Of a stretch of DNA of 64,000 nt, positions 25,771 through 36,067 are shown piece by piece. The DNA is taken from contig JAPDJW010000002.1 of assembly GCA_029258885.1 (NCBI GenBank), forward strand, positions 352,001 through 416,000. The letters are read 5' to 3'. How positions within the stretch are numbered: the stretch's first letter is position 1; the number at the start of each line of letters is the position of its first letter. This DNA comes from Thermoproteota archaeon (GTDB lineage Archaea; Thermoproteota; Thermoprotei; Thermofilales; B9-G17). The notes under the pieces are model-generated. The model made no database searches and was not told the DNA's origin. It saw nothing but the letters and a program-made list of their open reading frames with translations. Position numbers and translations under genes: made by a program.

Positions 25771-27645
25771 ATGAATTTAGATCCATACGAGTGGATGGAG
25801 AATCTAGATAACCCTAAGCTTCTCGAATGGATTGAAGTTGAGGATAGAAAATTTAGAGAATACGTCCATAGTTTATCTCAACGATTAAGGGAGAGAATTA
25901 GAAGGTATTATTTTGTAAAAAACTTAATCAGTGTAAGGATATCGGAGAAAGGGTATTATGCTCTTTTCCAGGATAGGGATGTATTTAAACTTAAGCTGCT
26001 CGATAGAGAGGGCGAGTGGATAGACGTAATCGATTCGAGGGAGCTGGGAGAACATGTTATACTTAAGGACTTCTACCCTGACCCTACTGGTCAGTACCTA
26101 GCGTACAACTATTCGTTTAAGGGAGCCGATGTAGGCTTTACACATTTTATAGACGTGGAGACTGGCGAGCTTTTAGATAAGCTTGAGGGAATTGTAGGGT
26201 CGATAATATGGCTGGATAAGGAGGCATACTACTACGTGAGATTCTTCAGTAAAAGTAAGTCTCCGGACGGTGTCGATCCACCTACAACTAGAATGTTCCT
26301 GAGGCGTCAGCAGGAGGAGGAAATGGTTTTCGGAGAAGGCTTGCCGCAAGCTCATTTTATACTAGCTAAGCCGTCAACAGATTATAAGAATATTCTCATA
26401 GCCGTTAGCCTCGGATGGAGTAAAAGTGACACGTTCGTGGGACCTCTTAAGGATCCATCTAGATGGAGGAAAATCTTTGGCGGCGATTTCATAACGTTCC
26501 CCATAGATGCAGTGGATAATTCATACCTAATAGCCGCTTTCGACCGTGGGGGATACGGCAGGATAATATTGGCATCAGTCAAAGGGGAAGTAAAAGAGCT
26601 GGTTAGAGAATGGAGATATCCGCTAAAGGAGGCAGCACTAGTTGGGGATAAGTTGCTGATACATTACTTGGTGGATGCATCATCTATTCTAAGGGTATTT
26701 GACCTTAAAGGTAAAATACTGGATGAAATAAAGTTTGACGGAGCGGGAACAGTATCCATTACGGACTTTAACTCGAGTGAAGCTGTCCTAAAATACACGT
26801 CGTTCTTAACCCCATACAGGTTCTATAAGTTTAGCGGAAGGGGACTTGAAGTAATCGAATCAAAGGACTTTAAACTCGAAATTACGGTCGAGGAGCGCTG
26901 GGCGGAGTCATTCGATGGAACAAGAATACACATGTTTATCGTTAAAAGGAAGAACTGTAAGGCAGATAAGGTGCTCCTCTATGGATACGGTGGGTTCAAT
27001 GTATCTATAACGCCGCACTATTTATCATACCTTATACCCTTCATAGAGGACTGTGGAACATACGTTATAGCTAACATAAGAGGTGGAGGCGAATACGGGG
27101 AGAAGTGGCATAGAGATGGAATGAGGGAGAAGAAGGAAAACGTTTTCATGGACTTCATAGCTGCAGCAAAGTACCTGAAAAATATGGGAGCTAAAGTCGT
27201 GGCAATGGGTTCAAGCAACGGCGGTCTACTAGTAGGCGCGGTCCTAACTAAAGAGCCTGAGCTACTCGATGGAGCTGTGATAGGATACCCAGTATTGGAT
27301 ATGCTGAAGTTCCATAAACTATACATAGGCAAGAGCTGGGTACCGGAGTACGGAGATCCTGATAATCCGAAGGATGCAGAGTTCCTAATCAAGTATTCGC
27401 CGTATCACAACGTTAAGTCAGCCAAATACCCGCCGACACTCGTCTACACAGGGTTACACGATGATAGGGTGCATCCAGCCCACGCCTTCAAGTTCGTAGC
27501 CAAGTTAAAGGAGGTAAACGCACCAGTCTACCTAAGAGTTGAAAAAGCAAGCGGGCACTCGGGAGCAACGCCCAAAATAAAGCTAAATGAACTATCAGAC
27601 ATATTAGCCTTCATATACAAGGTGCTTGGTCTATCCATGGCATAA
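25771..27645 (+). CDS. Prolyl oligopeptidase (S9A)
   Basis: LLYGYGGFN, NIRGGGEYG, GSSNGG nucleophile, HDDRV, SGHSG. Confidence 0.95.
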   Translation: MNLDPYEWMENLDNPKLLEWIEVEDRKFREYVHSLSQRLRERIRRYYFVKNLISVRISEKGYYALFQDRDVFKLKLLDREGEWIDVIDSRELGEHVILKDFYPDPTGQYLAYNYSFKGADVGFTHFIDVETGELLDKLEGIVGSIIWLDKEAYYYVRFFSKSKSPDGVDPPTTRMFLRRQQEEEMVFGEGLPQAHFILAKPSTDYKNILIAVSLGWSKSDTFVGPLKDPSRWRKIFGGDFITFPIDAVDNSYLIAAFDRGGYGRIILASVKGEVKELVREWRYPLKEAALVGDKLLIHYLVDASSILRVFDLKGKILDEIKFDGAGTVSITDFNSSEAVLKYTSFLTPYRFYKFSGRGLEVIESKDFKLEITVEERWAESFDGTRIHMFIVKRKNCKADKVLLYGYGGFNVSITPHYLSYLIPFIEDCGTYVIANIRGGGEYGEKWHRDGMREKKENVFMDFIAAAKYLKNMGAKVVAMGSSNGGLLVGAVLTKEPELLDGAVIGYPVLDMLKFHKLYIGKSWVPEYGDPDNPKDAEFLIKYSPYHNVKSAKYPPTLVYTGLHDDRVHPAHAFKFVAKLKEVNAPVYLRVEKASGHSGATPKIKLNELSDILAFIYKVLGLSMA

Positions 27646-28105
27646 CCTAAGGCTAAAGTTCCCTCGGATTATCCTTAAGTAGCGCTAAAAATAGCGGAGC
27701 TGGAATCCGAGGCTATTTACTGCTGTTATCATACAGGCAATATACCCTTGTTATAATATCAATATCCTCTCGCTCGTTTAAGAGTCTTCACACCATATCT
27801 AACCCCTAAATATAGGGGTTACGCCATCTATGTTTATACACGAGATATACTTCATATTCTACTAAGATAGTCGGTAGAAAACTTGAAGGTCCTAATATAT
27901 TCATAAATGTTTAATTACAAGGCAATCATAATGCTCTTAACAATTTTTCGGTAGAAGATCATAAACACATAATCTATAGTTACACCCGCGTGTACTCTAA
28001 TTCTTGTATAATTAAGGGATCATAGAGGTAAAAAACAAGAGCGTATAAAATCTGATGGAGGATAAGCCCCAACACTGATATATTGGATTATCATTAACCA
28101 AATAT

Positions 28106-28371
28106 GGTAGCGAAATACTGGACAAGACAATGAGATCGCTTCACAGGCTCGATAGAAGGCTGGCTAACGATGCGCTATCTAAAGTTAAGAAAGCAGTTGA
28201 TATTGAATGTAAGGCTACTAAAGCTTTGGTGGAGTGTCCAGCCTATCGCCAACTATCATTTTACATGTGAAGATAGCTCTTGAGAGTTTGAGAAGGCTAT
28301 GTGAGTACGGTGCTGATGTGGCTGAGATCGTAATAGACCTCTCAATCGGTAGGAAAAAAGCTTTTCTATAG
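28106..28371 (+). pseudogene. C-terminal remnant of an archaeal PhoU-domain phosphate uptake regulator
   Basis: ILDKTMRSLHRLDRRLAND... then, after a frameshift, IALESLRRLCEYGADVAEIVIDL* (PhoU C-terminal motif). Confidence 0.65.
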
Positions 28372-28377
28372 AGAAAG

Positions 28378-28560
28378 CTAAAATGAATAAAATGTGTTTA
28401 TTAATTGAGCATAGCTTGCGATGGGAACTCTATCGTATGAAATATACAGAATGCTTGATGGCTCCGTCCCTTCCTCAATAAGATGTTTAACGTAAAGCTT
28501 CAATCAAACAGTCTTGCCACCAAGAATTCCGACGGATGGTATTTTTCGAAAGCATTAGAA
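28378..28560 (-). pseudogene. N-terminal remnant of an AAA_14-type archaeal ATPase
   Basis: VGILGGKTV*LKLYVKHLIEEGTEPSSILYISYD: shortened Walker A with an in-frame TGA. Confidence 0.45.
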
Positions 28561-28669
28561 ACACCTATATATACTAAATTCGAATATAGTCGAGAAATAT
28601 ATAAGAGTTTTCAACAATATCGGCTTACCTATATTGCCAGGGAATTCCGTGATAGATTTACGTATATGG

Positions 28670-29662
28670 CTATTCTTCATCAACATGTTTCAGATGACTA
28701 ACCACGTTTTCGGGAAAGTTTATGTGTAACATTATACATGAATCGATGAATTTACTCTTCACTTTACTAAGCACCATATTTAATGGAAGCAAATGTACGC
28801 CAACATTATCCTCTATAAACTTAACCATATAGATGACCTCCCGCTGAATATACCTTTCCCTCAAAAGGTAGTTAATAACACCTCTATATATAGAGTCACT
28901 GGAGTACGAATTAAATAAAATCCACTCAATCACGCCCACTCCACTATTCTTCACGTAATCATCTAGTCTCCTTAAAAGTCTCTCAAGAATATCGCTAACT
29001 TTATACCTCGACGAAACCCACAAACCAGTAACAGCTAAAACCTTAACTTCCCTAGAACTTAAATCCTCTATCCTAAAGCCTTTATCGTCTCTGGGAAAGT
29101 ATCTAAAAGGCTTCTCTCTGTATATTATTCCCGTAAGAAGTCCCACAATACTATTCTCATAGATGGCAAGGATAGAAAAACGCTCCTCATCCCCACTCCA
29201 TACCGTACGCAACCTCTCAATAAGCCTACTCCTATAATCATGCCTCCTCCCGCTGACGAGAGCCTTCAACCTATGAACGATCGAATCAAGAACCCTACCG
29301 GAAAACTTCCTCGAAAACAACTCCCTCAATAAATTAACATGGCTACCCTTAAAGAAGTCGATAATTAGAGAATCAACATTGACAGATCTACCATTATCTA
29401 AACGCTCAGAAACCTCCTCATCAAAAGCAGTAATATAGCTTAATCCTCTATCAGTTAAACGATAGACACCATCCGAGCTATCTATCAAGCCAGAAGCCTT
29501 AAGCTTCTTCAAATGATAGTCAAGTAGCCCACAGTCCTTTTCAATATTAAGCCCAAGCCGCCTTAGAATCTCAGTAAAGGACATGCCGCTGGAATCTCTT
29601 AAAAGCCTCAAAATATTCACCCTTAAGGGATGGGATAACGCCTTAACAGCTTCAAGATCCAT
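28670..29662 (-). CDS. ArsR-like wHTH fused to a GNAT-like domain
   Basis: ALSHPLRVNILRLL...LDYHLKKL...YRLTDRG; C-terminal LAIYENSIVGLL and GLWVSSRYK resemble GNAT strands. Confidence 0.6.
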   Translation of the reverse strand: MDLEAVKALSHPLRVNILRLLRDSSGMSFTEILRRLGLNIEKDCGLLDYHLKKLKASGLIDSSDGVYRLTDRGLSYITAFDEEVSERLDNGRSVNVDSLIIDFFKGSHVNLLRELFSRKFSGRVLDSIVHRLKALVSGRRHDYRSRLIERLRTVWSGDEERFSILAIYENSIVGLLTGIIYREKPFRYFPRDDKGFRIEDLSSREVKVLAVTGLWVSSRYKVSDILERLLRRLDDYVKNSGVGVIEWILFNSYSSDSIYRGVINYLLRERYIQREVIYMVKFIEDNVGVHLLPLNMVLSKVKSKFIDSCIMLHINFPENVVSHLKHVDEE

Positions 29663-29700
29663 ACAACCACCAGATAATTAATAACAATTTAAATAATATA

Positions 29701-29734
29701 AATTTTATTAACAAAAAATTTTGTTAATAAAATT
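29701..29734. promoter_or_regulatory. Perfect 16-bp inverted repeat (AATTTTATTAACAAAA-aa-TTTTGTTAATAAAATT); probable operator
   Basis: Adjacent to the TTTATATT box upstream of 29662, in the gap after the methyltransferase. Confidence 0.6.
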
Positions 29735-29750
29735 CACAACCACTCAGCAG

Positions 29751-30542
29751 CTAATCAATCTTTTCGAATATAAATAGCATACTTGAATCAACATACTCAT
29801 TAAACTCCCTAAAATCAGTTAGAGAGTTACGTATAGAAATGAGCTTAAACCCTTGCTTCTTCACATCTTCAAGAACTTCATCAACATAAAACCACTTCAT
29901 TAAATGACGCCTATGTACAACTTCAAACTCATTCCCATTATAAATTATATAAAAGGCACGCCAGAGAAAGACATCATCCCTATCAGTCCTATACATGGAA
30001 TATATTGGGACAATCTTAATTCCATCGCATTTTATAGCTCTATCAAACACAGGGCTACCAAGTCTGTTTACATCAAGGCGCCTAATATTTCTAGCATCGA
30101 AAACGAATAGACCGCCATGTCTAAGGACGGAGTAGGCGGAACCTGAGAATTTAGATAAATCGTTTTCACCAGTCAAATGATGCGTAGTAAAACCTAGACA
30201 GTAAACAGCGTCAAAAACACATAACCTAAAGGGGAGCCTACGCATGTCTCCAACAACAAAATCAATATCCACTCTCCTATCCTTAGCCTTAGAAAGAGCC
30301 TTCCTAACCATGTTGAAACTGACATCCAAGCCAACAACAAAATACCCCAAGCCACCGAGAGTTAAGGCATGACCACCAGTACCACACCCAATATCCAAAA
30401 CCCTTCGAACACCAAAGCCACGGAAAATCTCAACAAGCCTTTTAACTTCAGCTGAATAATCCTTAGACCCCCAAAGATAGTCGTAGATCTCAGCCTCAAA
30501 GGAAAACTTGTCAATAATCATAAGCTTTACCTCATATCTCAT
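29751..30542 (-). CDS. Class I SAM-dependent methyltransferase
   Basis: VLDIGCGTGGH, GLDVSFNM, GDMRRL, LRHGGLFVFD. Confidence 0.88.
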   Translation of the reverse strand: MRYEVKLMIIDKFSFEAEIYDYLWGSKDYSAEVKRLVEIFRGFGVRRVLDIGCGTGGHALTLGGLGYFVVGLDVSFNMVRKALSKAKDRRVDIDFVVGDMRRLPFRLCVFDAVYCLGFTTHHLTGENDLSKFSGSAYSVLRHGGLFVFDARNIRRLDVNRLGSPVFDRAIKCDGIKIVPIYSMYRTDRDDVFLWRAFYIIYNGNEFEVVHRRHLMKWFYVDEVLEDVKKQGFKLISIRNSLTDFREFNEYVDSSMLFIFEKID

Positions 30543-30686
30543 ACTATAAGAGCAAACTATAATTTAAACGCTATTCATCTAAAAGTTATGTTAATATAGT
30601 AAGAAATCCATTAACATGGTCGAGTTCATGTAGAAGCTTATGACCTACCAAAAACCTAATTTGCTAATATATTAATATATTAACAC

Positions 30687-30905
30687 ATGAAAACACTAAC
30701 CATACGAGACGACGTCTATGAAAAACTAGTTAAACTGAAGAAGGAAGGAGAAAGCTTTTCAGACCTACTAGAACGTCTCCTTTCACGAGAAAAAGTCAGC
30801 CTACGCGAGTTCTATGGTTCGTTAAAGGATAGTAAATTCCTGGAGGAACTGGAAAAGGAGATCCTAGAATTTAGGAAAAAAGCAAAAGCAAGGGAGATTC
30901 CATGA
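30687..30905 (+). CDS. VapB-type antitoxin (DUF217-like)
   Basis: MKTLTIRDDVYEKLVKLKKEGESFSDLLERL; overlaps the downstream PIN gene. Confidence 0.88.
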   Translation: MKTLTIRDDVYEKLVKLKKEGESFSDLLERLLSREKVSLREFYGSLKDSKFLEELEKEILEFRKKAKAREIP

Positions 30906-31294
30906 TACTAATGGATACCTCCTACCTGATTCTTCTTGCCAGAGGTTCACCTAAAGCAGAAAGCCTAATTGATTTGATCGACAATGAAGGAGGTGTTTTA
31001 ACGACCATATCGTACTTTGAAATATTTCGTAGCGGAAACAAAATGAGCAAGAAAGAGCAAAGATACTTTACTAGATTATTTTCTACATATCCAGTACTAT
31101 CTCTCGATGTGAGAGCTGCCCATAAAGCCTCAGAGTTATGGTATAAGCTGGAGCGTCTCGGCAGAATGACTAATGTTCTAGATGTCCTTATTGGTGGAAT
31201 AATGATCGCTAATGGCATAGATAAAATAGTAACATCCGATAAAGACTTCCTAGAAATCGGGAAGATATCTGAAATAGAAGTAATCTTAATATAA
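30902..31294 (+). CDS. vapC: VapC PIN-domain toxin
   Basis: ILMDTSYL, SYFE, DVLIG, VTSDKDF. Confidence 0.9.
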   Translation: MILMDTSYLILLARGSPKAESLIDLIDNEGGVLTTISYFEIFRSGNKMSKKEQRYFTRLFSTYPVLSLDVRAAHKASELWYKLERLGRMTNVLDVLIGGIMIANGIDKIVTSDKDFLEIGKISEIEVILI

Positions 31295-31474
31295 AAATTA
31301 TTACCTAAATAAGTAGCTATATTTTTATCATAACTATTAATGAAATTGTTTAAAGAATTTGGTTACAATTTTCATTGCTGCCTTTTTCCATTAAATGAGA
31401 TGGATTACATGACCCAAAAACGTAAAATTTTCGTTTCGTTTACGGCTTATATTGTCCACCACTCTAGGGCTATG

Positions 31475-33307
31475 TTATTCCAGGATAACAGTCTTGCCAT
31501 TGAAATTCAACAGTATCCTGCTAAGCCGTAAATCAAGTAGCAGGGGCCTATAAGGCTCCCCGCCGCCATGATAAAACTTGCTAAAGAACTCATAGAAATG
31601 TAGCCTAAGGGATTGGATAAAGGCCAGCAATCCTTCTAAGGCAATAATCCCAACATTACCTATAACCACTATCGGTAAACCAGCAAACCCAAGAGCTAAA
31701 GCCATATTAACCGCTGACGTTAAAAAGACGTGAACCATGTATAATATAATTAATCTTGCATACGAGATAGTGTTTGATGCTAACTCAAGTGCACTAATAA
31801 AGAACTCTAAAAGGTTAAAGAAGATCTTTGAGGGCTGACCAAAGATCATAAGTAGAATACATGCGACCATAATATATTGTGCTATTGTCCCCATATCTCG
31901 GCTTATTACCCTACCAGCGTATTCGGTAGATCCTACGAAGATCACCGCCGAGAGATAGGTTATAACTAAAGGCACGTAAAAGAGTAATGCTTCTCTAGTC
32001 TCTCCCTCGCGCATTAAATTTATGATCTTAAATGCATAGCCTATTGTAATATGCATCACTCCGATTAGCATGGATAGACCAAGGAGGAAGAGCAATTTTT
32101 CACTACTAACTTCACCGTGGTTATGTTCCGAGAATATACTTATAACAGGTTTATAGAACGGTACATGAATGCCGAACATTTCTCCTGAGAGAATCCCAAA
32201 GAATACAGCGGAGATTCCCATTAAAACAAGTATTAATCCCCACTCCCTTTTGCTTCTAGAGGGTGATAATTTCCTCAGTAACAATCCAACAATAGCTAAA
32301 ACGAGGCCATGTCCTATATCACCAAACATTATACCAAAGAACAGCGGGAAGGTTATAGTGAATATCAGTGATGGATCTGCTTCACCATGTCTTGGTAGCC
32401 CTGCCATAGCCATAATGTTTCTTGTGGGGGATTTTATATATACTGGTGCTATACCGAATTTACGTCTTACTTGAATAATCGTAGCATTAGGAAATTCTTC
32501 AATTATTTTATCCTCAAAATCCTTAAGCTTCTCAGAGGGTATATATCCCCTAATTCGAACCCTATTGTTCTTATCCTCGAAATTCAAAGATGCAATAAGT
32601 ATTTTCCTAATGTTCTGAAGCGCTTCCTCTAGCCCTCTTATCGCTAACACAAATCCATCAAAGTTTGCATAATAAATTATATCTAGAATTCTTATATAGT
32701 CTCCCAGCGGTGTAATGTCCATGTCATCGAATATTTCCCTCAACTTATGTTCATCGTCTTTTCCCGCAACAAACAGAGCCAACTTATATTCAGGCAGTAA
32801 ATCACTTAATGTTACATATACATTTTTTTCCTTGGCAATATTCATTAGCTGATTAGCATTTTCGTGAAAGATCAACCCAAAATTAACACTGAAAAACTCG
32901 AACTTAAAATCTGGCCTCATCTCTAAAATTTCATTTTTTCTTTTTATAATACTCTTTAAAAGATCTAATTTATCTTGGAAAAACGTGGCTGTAGTATAAA
33001 AGTCATTCACTAATATGTCCGTTTTCTTTACAATTTCGTCTAAGCTCCCCTCTAAAAATACCCTCCCTTTATCATCCTTAATGGGTAGCTCTACTAGGGG
33101 TTCTTTAATTTCAATATTAAGCAAGGAACATGCTTCGCTTAGCATTTTCAGCTGTCTCTCAATCTCAACAAGATACTTTCTCGGTTCTTCAAACTCCCTA
33201 TTTACCTCTTTAACGTGAAAATATCCCATCCTAGCAATATTTACGGCAAGCTTAAACCATTCGTCTCGATCCACCTCAACTATAACCTCAATCATTTTCT
33301 CGGTCAA
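31475..33307 (-). CDS. atpI: A1Ao ATP synthase subunit I (a)
   Basis: FGIMFGDIGHG, NTISYARL, QSLRLHFYEFFSKFY. Confidence 0.92.
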   Translation of the reverse strand: MTEKMIEVIVEVDRDEWFKLAVNIARMGYFHVKEVNREFEEPRKYLVEIERQLKMLSEACSLLNIEIKEPLVELPIKDDKGRVFLEGSLDEIVKKTDILVNDFYTTATFFQDKLDLLKSIIKRKNEILEMRPDFKFEFFSVNFGLIFHENANQLMNIAKEKNVYVTLSDLLPEYKLALFVAGKDDEHKLREIFDDMDITPLGDYIRILDIIYYANFDGFVLAIRGLEEALQNIRKILIASLNFEDKNNRVRIRGYIPSEKLKDFEDKIIEEFPNATIIQVRRKFGIAPVYIKSPTRNIMAMAGLPRHGEADPSLIFTITFPLFFGIMFGDIGHGLVLAIVGLLLRKLSPSRSKREWGLILVLMGISAVFFGILSGEMFGIHVPFYKPVISIFSEHNHGEVSSEKLLFLLGLSMLIGVMHITIGYAFKIINLMREGETREALLFYVPLVITYLSAVIFVGSTEYAGRVISRDMGTIAQYIMVACILLMIFGQPSKIFFNLLEFFISALELASNTISYARLIILYMVHVFLTSAVNMALALGFAGLPIVVIGNVGIIALEGLLAFIQSLRLHFYEFFSKFYHGGGEPYRPLLLDLRLSRILLNFNGKTVILE

Positions 33308-34285
33308 CTAATCACCTAAAACTATATATTTAACTTTATGGGGTATCCCCTTTTCAATAAGAAATGCCAAAAGAGATAGATTTCTAATTTCATTTTCTAC
33401 CAACAGTATTATACCAAAGAGAGGACCTAAACTAAATACATCCTTAACAAACAAACGTTTAGCTTTCATAATGATCATTGTAGCTATTAAATTGTCCAGC
33501 CTAAATATGCTATCAGATGTAGGTTTCTCGATTAAGCTGTCAAAATTACTAATACTCTGTCGCATGAGCTTCATGTATTTCCTTCTATCCTGAGCTAAGC
33601 GAGCAAGTACTATATCCATTAATCTCTCTACATTAATATTCCATAATTTACCTCTTGCAAGCATAACTGCGAGTCTTTTATAGACTAACAGATTAAAAAC
33701 ATCTCTAATCATTAGTCTATCATCATAATCAAGACCGAAGTAGGAATCTATAAGCTTAAGTAAAAACCCTAAATCAACACATGTATCTTTAACATAAGTA
33801 TAATTAGCCTTAAAATATTCACATACGTCCGTAAGATTTAACAGTGAGATAACATTGACTTCCCCACCAGCCAATATTCTTGAAACTATATGTTCACTAA
33901 AATCATCCACTACCATTTGTTCTAGAAGTTCCCTATTGGGCATAACATCAGCTTTACCCCCATGCAGATATAATTTTAGGACATTAAACAAATGTCTATG
34001 AAAGTAACTTACTAAAAATTCTCTCCACCTATTCAAGCTATAATTAATTATCATTTTTTCAAAATCAATCATAGATCTATAGAAAATATTCTTCAAAATA
34101 TTGGCGTTCACATTTTTCGGAAGCTGACTGATGTATCTATCGTAGTATGTATCACGTAAAGTATTTATAAAGCTCCCTAGATCCCTATAATTGCACATTT
34201 CGATAAGTTTATCTTTCGATATAAGCATACCTTTTCTATAAAAAATTTTAGGCAGAATATATGACAATGGAGTCTCAAGACTCAT
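33308..34285 (-). CDS. atpC: A1Ao ATP synthase subunit C
   Basis: INTLRDTYY, ENEIRNL motifs and operon position. Confidence 0.8.
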   Translation of the reverse strand: MSLETPLSYILPKIFYRKGMLISKDKLIEMCNYRDLGSFINTLRDTYYDRYISQLPKNVNANILKNIFYRSMIDFEKMIINYSLNRWREFLVSYFHRHLFNVLKLYLHGGKADVMPNRELLEQMVVDDFSEHIVSRILAGGEVNVISLLNLTDVCEYFKANYTYVKDTCVDLGFLLKLIDSYFGLDYDDRLMIRDVFNLLVYKRLAVMLARGKLWNINVERLMDIVLARLAQDRRKYMKLMRQSISNFDSLIEKPTSDSIFRLDNLIATMIIMKAKRLFVKDVFSLGPLFGIILLVENEIRNLSLLAFLIEKGIPHKVKYIVLGD

Positions 34286-34614
34286 AGTATTTCTTCACCC
34301 ACTAACTCATTCACTATCAATGCTATAGCATCATCCTTCCTACTTTCAGCTTCCTTTATCTTCTCTAAGATGTCATTAGGGATCGACTTAATCTTATCGT
34401 TAATTTTAATTAGCTCCTTCTTTAAGGTATCCTTCTCTTTTTCATATAGCGTCAGAAGCTCTTTCTCTATACTTTCTTTGATATGATTAATGGTTTCATT
34501 TAATAAGTCATCCATTTCTTTCAATTTTTCTACTGTTTCATGCCTTAATATGCTTAATTTCTCGTCAATTTCTACTATTATTTCAATAATTTTTCTAGTT
34601 TTCTTCTCTGACAT
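34282..34614 (-). CDS. A1Ao ATP synthase peripheral-stalk subunit H/G
   Basis: Charged helical protein between subunits K and C. Confidence 0.65.
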   Translation of the reverse strand: MSEKKTRKIIEIIVEIDEKLSILRHETVEKLKEMDDLLNETINHIKESIEKELLTLYEKEKDTLKKELIKINDKIKSIPNDILEKIKEAESRKDDAIALIVNELVGEEIL

Positions 34615-34638
34615 TTTTTATCCCTTAGTCTTCCGTCT

Positions 34639-35004
34639 CTATATTTTACCAAGCATCATTATAACTACAACTAGACCGTAAATTGCAATAGCCTCTGCAA
34701 GCGCCGTAATAATCATCGCAAGCGTTGATAACTCAGGTTTTTCAGTTGCAGCACTAATAGCAGCACTACCAGCAACCGCAATACCTATACCAGCAGCTAG
34801 TGAAGCTAAACCAAACGCTATTCCTATAGAAAGCATAGTAATAGCCTTATAGAGAAAATCTAGTGAATTTCCAGTAGTTTCAGCAGTCGACGAAGTTGTT
34901 ATTTCAGTTGTAAGATACACTAGGGCTGTAACGGATATAGCTGCTAATATTAGTAGCCAAATTACTAGCATTATGAATATTCTCGGTATTTTTCCGTTTC
35001 CCAT
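34639..35004 (-). CDS. atpK: A1Ao ATP synthase proteolipid subunit K (c), single hairpin with N-terminal extension
   Basis: AAGIGIAVAGSAA...EKPE...ALAEAIAIYG with ion-binding Glu. Confidence 0.92.
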   Translation of the reverse strand: MGNGKIPRIFIMLVIWLLILAAISVTALVYLTTEITTSSTAETTGNSLDFLYKAITMLSIGIAFGLASLAAGIGIAVAGSAAISAATEKPELSTLAMIITALAEAIAIYGLVVVIMMLGKI

Positions 35005-35276
35005 CTCTTTTCACCTTTGTGTTTATCAAGTAATCTACAATTATTTTAGTTTTATTCTCTGATATTTTTCTCTATGATAGAATTTAATTTAACTAGCTAT
35101 AATTCAGGTGTCATTAGGGATACATATTGTTAACAATAAGTAACATTTAAGTTTCATTTTTATAATAGCATATAAAATAAGCAAGTTTGTATATTCGTAT
35201 TTTCCATTAGAAATATAAGCAGTATATTATTTCAAGTTAATAAATATTAACCGAATTTTTACAATAGGAGACACTT

Positions 35277-35441
35277 TCATGTTTCTTTATTGTTAATAGA
35301 AAAATACTTTTTTCTAATTTCGTCAATTTTCTCATCTATTGACCTTCTAATCAGATCTATATTATATGAAATCTGCTTACAGGCTTCGTTAATAAGTTTA
35401 TCAAGTTTTTCCTTAGCTTTATTTTCAAGTTTCTCATTCAT
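35277..35441 (-). CDS. 54-aa charged helical protein coupled to atpD; possible small ATP synthase subunit
   Basis: Below the ORF-track cut-off; ATG overlaps the atpD stop (ATGA); [54 protein letters not shown]. Confidence 0.6.
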   Translation of the reverse strand: MNEKLENKAKEKLDKLINEACKQISYNIDLIRRSIDEKIDEIRKKYFSINNKET

Positions 35442-36067
35442 CTACCTCGCCTCTTACCCAATATAACTTCCTTAAAGTATTTAAGCCTGACAAATTCCTC
35501 CCTATCTCTTTCTTCAAGTATTGACTTTATAGTCTTAATATTTTTCTCAAGATTGGGTATTATGACGTTCTTTAAAGCGTTGATCTGCCTCTGAACCTGC
35601 TCTAGCTCCTTAGCCAGCCTAAATATGGCATTCTCTATATTAGCTATCAAAATTATGTTTTCTATAGCTTTTTCAATATGGACCATTTCGGCGTCGAGGA
35701 ATGTCGCTCTAAAGAGGCTGCCGATAGGCATTATCTCCTTTCGCAGTATGCTTAGCTCCGAGGATTTTATGCCAGCTATGTGTACGATTGACGCATCCAC
35801 TTCAATCCTGTTGTTCGCCGACATTACTGCACTCCTAAGGTACTCCCTACCCATTTCAGCTTCAGCTAAATCCATGTACATGTACGCTTTCTCAAGGTTC
35901 TCAAAGAGCTGGGACTGTATCTTTTTCGCCTCCTTTACAAGTCTATTTATCTCATACAGAAGAATATCCCGTCTATCCTCTAGGATCTTCCGTACCTTTT
36001 TTGCTGCAGCAAGCGTTTTCCTTAATCTAATAAGGTTTATTTTCGTGGGAATAACGCGTCGGCTCAT
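35438..36067 (-). CDS. atpD: A1Ao ATP synthase subunit D
   Basis: [34 protein letters not shown]. Confidence 0.95.
   Translation of the reverse strand: MSRRVIPTKINLIRLRKTLAAAKKVRKILEDRRDILLYEINRLVKEAKKIQSQLFENLEKAYMYMDLAEAEMGREYLRSAVMSANNRIEVDASIVHIAGIKSSELSILRKEIMPIGSLFRATFLDAEMVHIEKAIENIILIANIENAIFRLAKELEQVQRQINALKNVIIPNLEKNIKTIKSILEERDREEFVRLKYFKEVILGKRRGR

Noticed and set aside
27662-27712. 9-bp inverted repeat CCTCGGATT...AATCCGAGG after the oligopeptidase
   Set aside because: 33-nt spacer and no T-tract; neither terminator nor MITE can be supported.
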